Below are positions 62,962 through 64,000 of a stretch of 64,000 bases of DNA, one piece after another. The notes under the pieces are model-generated. The model searched no databases. It worked only from the letters and a program-made list of their open reading frames with translations, and was not told where the DNA came from. The stretch's first letter is position 1; every line of letters starts with the position of its first letter. This stretch comes from an uncultured candidatus Brocadiaceae bacterium (lineage in GTDB: Bacteria; Planctomycetota; UBA1135; UBA2386), in the NCBI GenBank assembly GCA_964392305.1, contig CAYMPV010000029.1:3171-67170 (forward strand), read 5' to 3'. Position numbers and translations under genes: made by a program.

Positions 62962-63992
62962 TGCCACCACGGCCGCCCGCTCAGGATCTGCAGGTCGCGC
63001 ACGTAGGACTGCAGCGCGGTCTCCGCGAACGGCATCGCCGGCATCGCCGCGCCGGGGCCGGTGGGCAGCACCTGCAACACGGGCACCGCGACGGCCAGGA
63101 GGGCGACCACGGTCAGCACGTTCTTGAAGCGCAGGATGCCGACGCGGCGCCACGTCGGCAGCAGCAGGGCGAACACCAGGAACGTCGCCGTCAGCGGCCA
63201 CTCCTGACGTGGTGCGTGTGAGCCGAACGCCGGGATCAGCGGCGCGCCGGTGACCGCGAATGCGAGCAGCCACGGCAGCGCCGTGCGGCGGCGCAGCGGC
63301 AGTTCGAGGAAGTCGTCGAGGCCGGCGGCGCCGAGCACGACGCAGGCCAGCAGGGTCAACCAGAACGCGGCGCTCTGCAGCGCGACCGGGATCGGCAGCT
63401 GGTCGAGGCCGAACCACTGCGGGTCGCACAACGTCGCGGCGATGGCGGGCAGCGCGCCCAACGTGCCGAGCGCCAGCCAGGTGAGGATGCCCGCGTGGCG
63501 CTGACGGCGCAGGATGCCGAGCGCCGCGAACAGCAGCAACACCGGGCCCGGCAGGCGCAGCAGCGCGGCGGTGTCCAACCCCAGGTTGCTGGCGCGGTGC
63601 GCGGCGAGCACCTCGGCCGGCAGCGGCGTCACCGACTGGAACAACGCACCCGCGAACGGATCGATCAGCACGAACGAGATCGCCGCGGTCGTTGCCAGCG
63701 CGACGACGCAGGCCAGCTGCAGGAGCAGCCGTTTGCGGCCGTCGCGTTCTTCGCAGCGCATCGCGTAGGCCAGGCCGGCGACCGCGAGCACCGCGGTGAT
63801 GCCGCCGACGACGGTCATGCCGGCGACGAACGGCAGCGCCAGGCACGGCGCCAGGATCGGCATCCACAGCCAGCGCTGGGACGGGCGCGACACGCGGTAG
63901 GACGCCTCGAGCGCGAGCGGCGCCAGGGCGGCTGCGACCTGTTCCTTGGGCATCACCGCCATCGACACGAACCACGGCGACAGCGCGTACAT
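62820..63992 (-). CDS. polytopic membrane protein, unknown family; may start beyond the right edge
   Basis: About 10 hydrophobic segments. There is no in-frame stop between 63992 and the window end. The 3' end overlaps the convergent MFS gene by 142 nt, so one of the two ends may be miscalled. Confidence 0.45.
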   Translation of the reverse strand: MYALSPWFVSMAVMPKEQVAAALAPLALEASYRVSRPSQRWLWMPILAPCLALPFVAGMTVVGGITAVLAVAGLAYAMRCEERDGRKRLLLQLACVVALATTAAISFVLIDPFAGALFQSVTPLPAEVLAAHRASNLGLDTAALLRLPGPVLLLFAALGILRRQRHAGILTWLALGTLGALPAIAATLCDPQWFGLDQLPIPVALQSAAFWLTLLACVVLGAAGLDDFLELPLRRRTALPWLLAFAVTGAPLIPAFGSHAPRQEWPLTATFLVFALLLPTWRRVGILRFKNVLTVVALLAVAVPVLQVLPTGPGAAMPAMPFAETALQSYVRDLQILSGRPWWHYAGLFSVLASTSIWLLSASLRRRRASMIPIKPHRAMAKKAPPAKRS

Positions 63993-64000
63993 CGTGCCGA

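Noticed and set aside
61168-63975. 935-aa minus-strand ORF and 498-aa plus-strand ORF (61725..63221)
   Set aside because: They are out of frame or antisense relative to the MFS transporter and the polytopic membrane protein, and their composition is Arg/Pro/Gly-rich. The membrane-protein frames give clean TM segments instead.

Overview
High-GC (by eye about 70 percent) chromosomal segment from a diderm, flagellated bacterium, shown by BamA, a TolC-like protein and flagellin. I cannot assign a taxon from the sequence alone. I call about 55 protein genes, one tRNA-Leu(CAG) and one tmRNA. I saw no rRNA, CRISPR array, transposase or integrase. Left third: housekeeping genes (stand-alone coaB, ftsK, a motor-less ftsK paralogue, dnaB, bamA, a Nudix-LOG-CysQ-like string, a DUF342/CBS pair). 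Middle: many secreted proteins (13-repeat propeller-like protein, HEXXH protease, PKD protein, M14 carboxypeptidase, Kelch protein). It also holds a glycosylation cluster in which a clear bacterial homologue of plant RGP/UDP-arabinopyranose mutase (GT75) overlaps by 4 nt with a 1037-aa three-domain glycosyltransferase. That cluster is convergent on a lone flagellin gene. Right third: smpB and ssrA (tmRNA, tag ANTHYSLAA) are separated by about 8.5 kb of accessory DNA. This DNA carries an AbiEii-like nucleotidyltransferase pair, orphan genes, a decayed restriction-type SF2 helicase gene, and a TcmP / three-Cys DUF5131 (Gp37/Gp68) pair in a visibly lower-GC islet abutting the ssrA 3' end. The TcmP/DUF5131 pair is my top candidate for an uncharacterised system; the RGP-glycosyltransferase-flagellin locus and the motor-less FtsK paralogue come next. 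Many of the longest ORFs in the supplied track are antisense high-GC artefacts and were rejected. Start codons are often GTG/TTG, and 4-nt start/stop overlaps (ATGA, GTGA, TTGA) between same-strand neighbours are common. All family assignments rest on motif recognition by eye and need HMM or BLAST confirmation.
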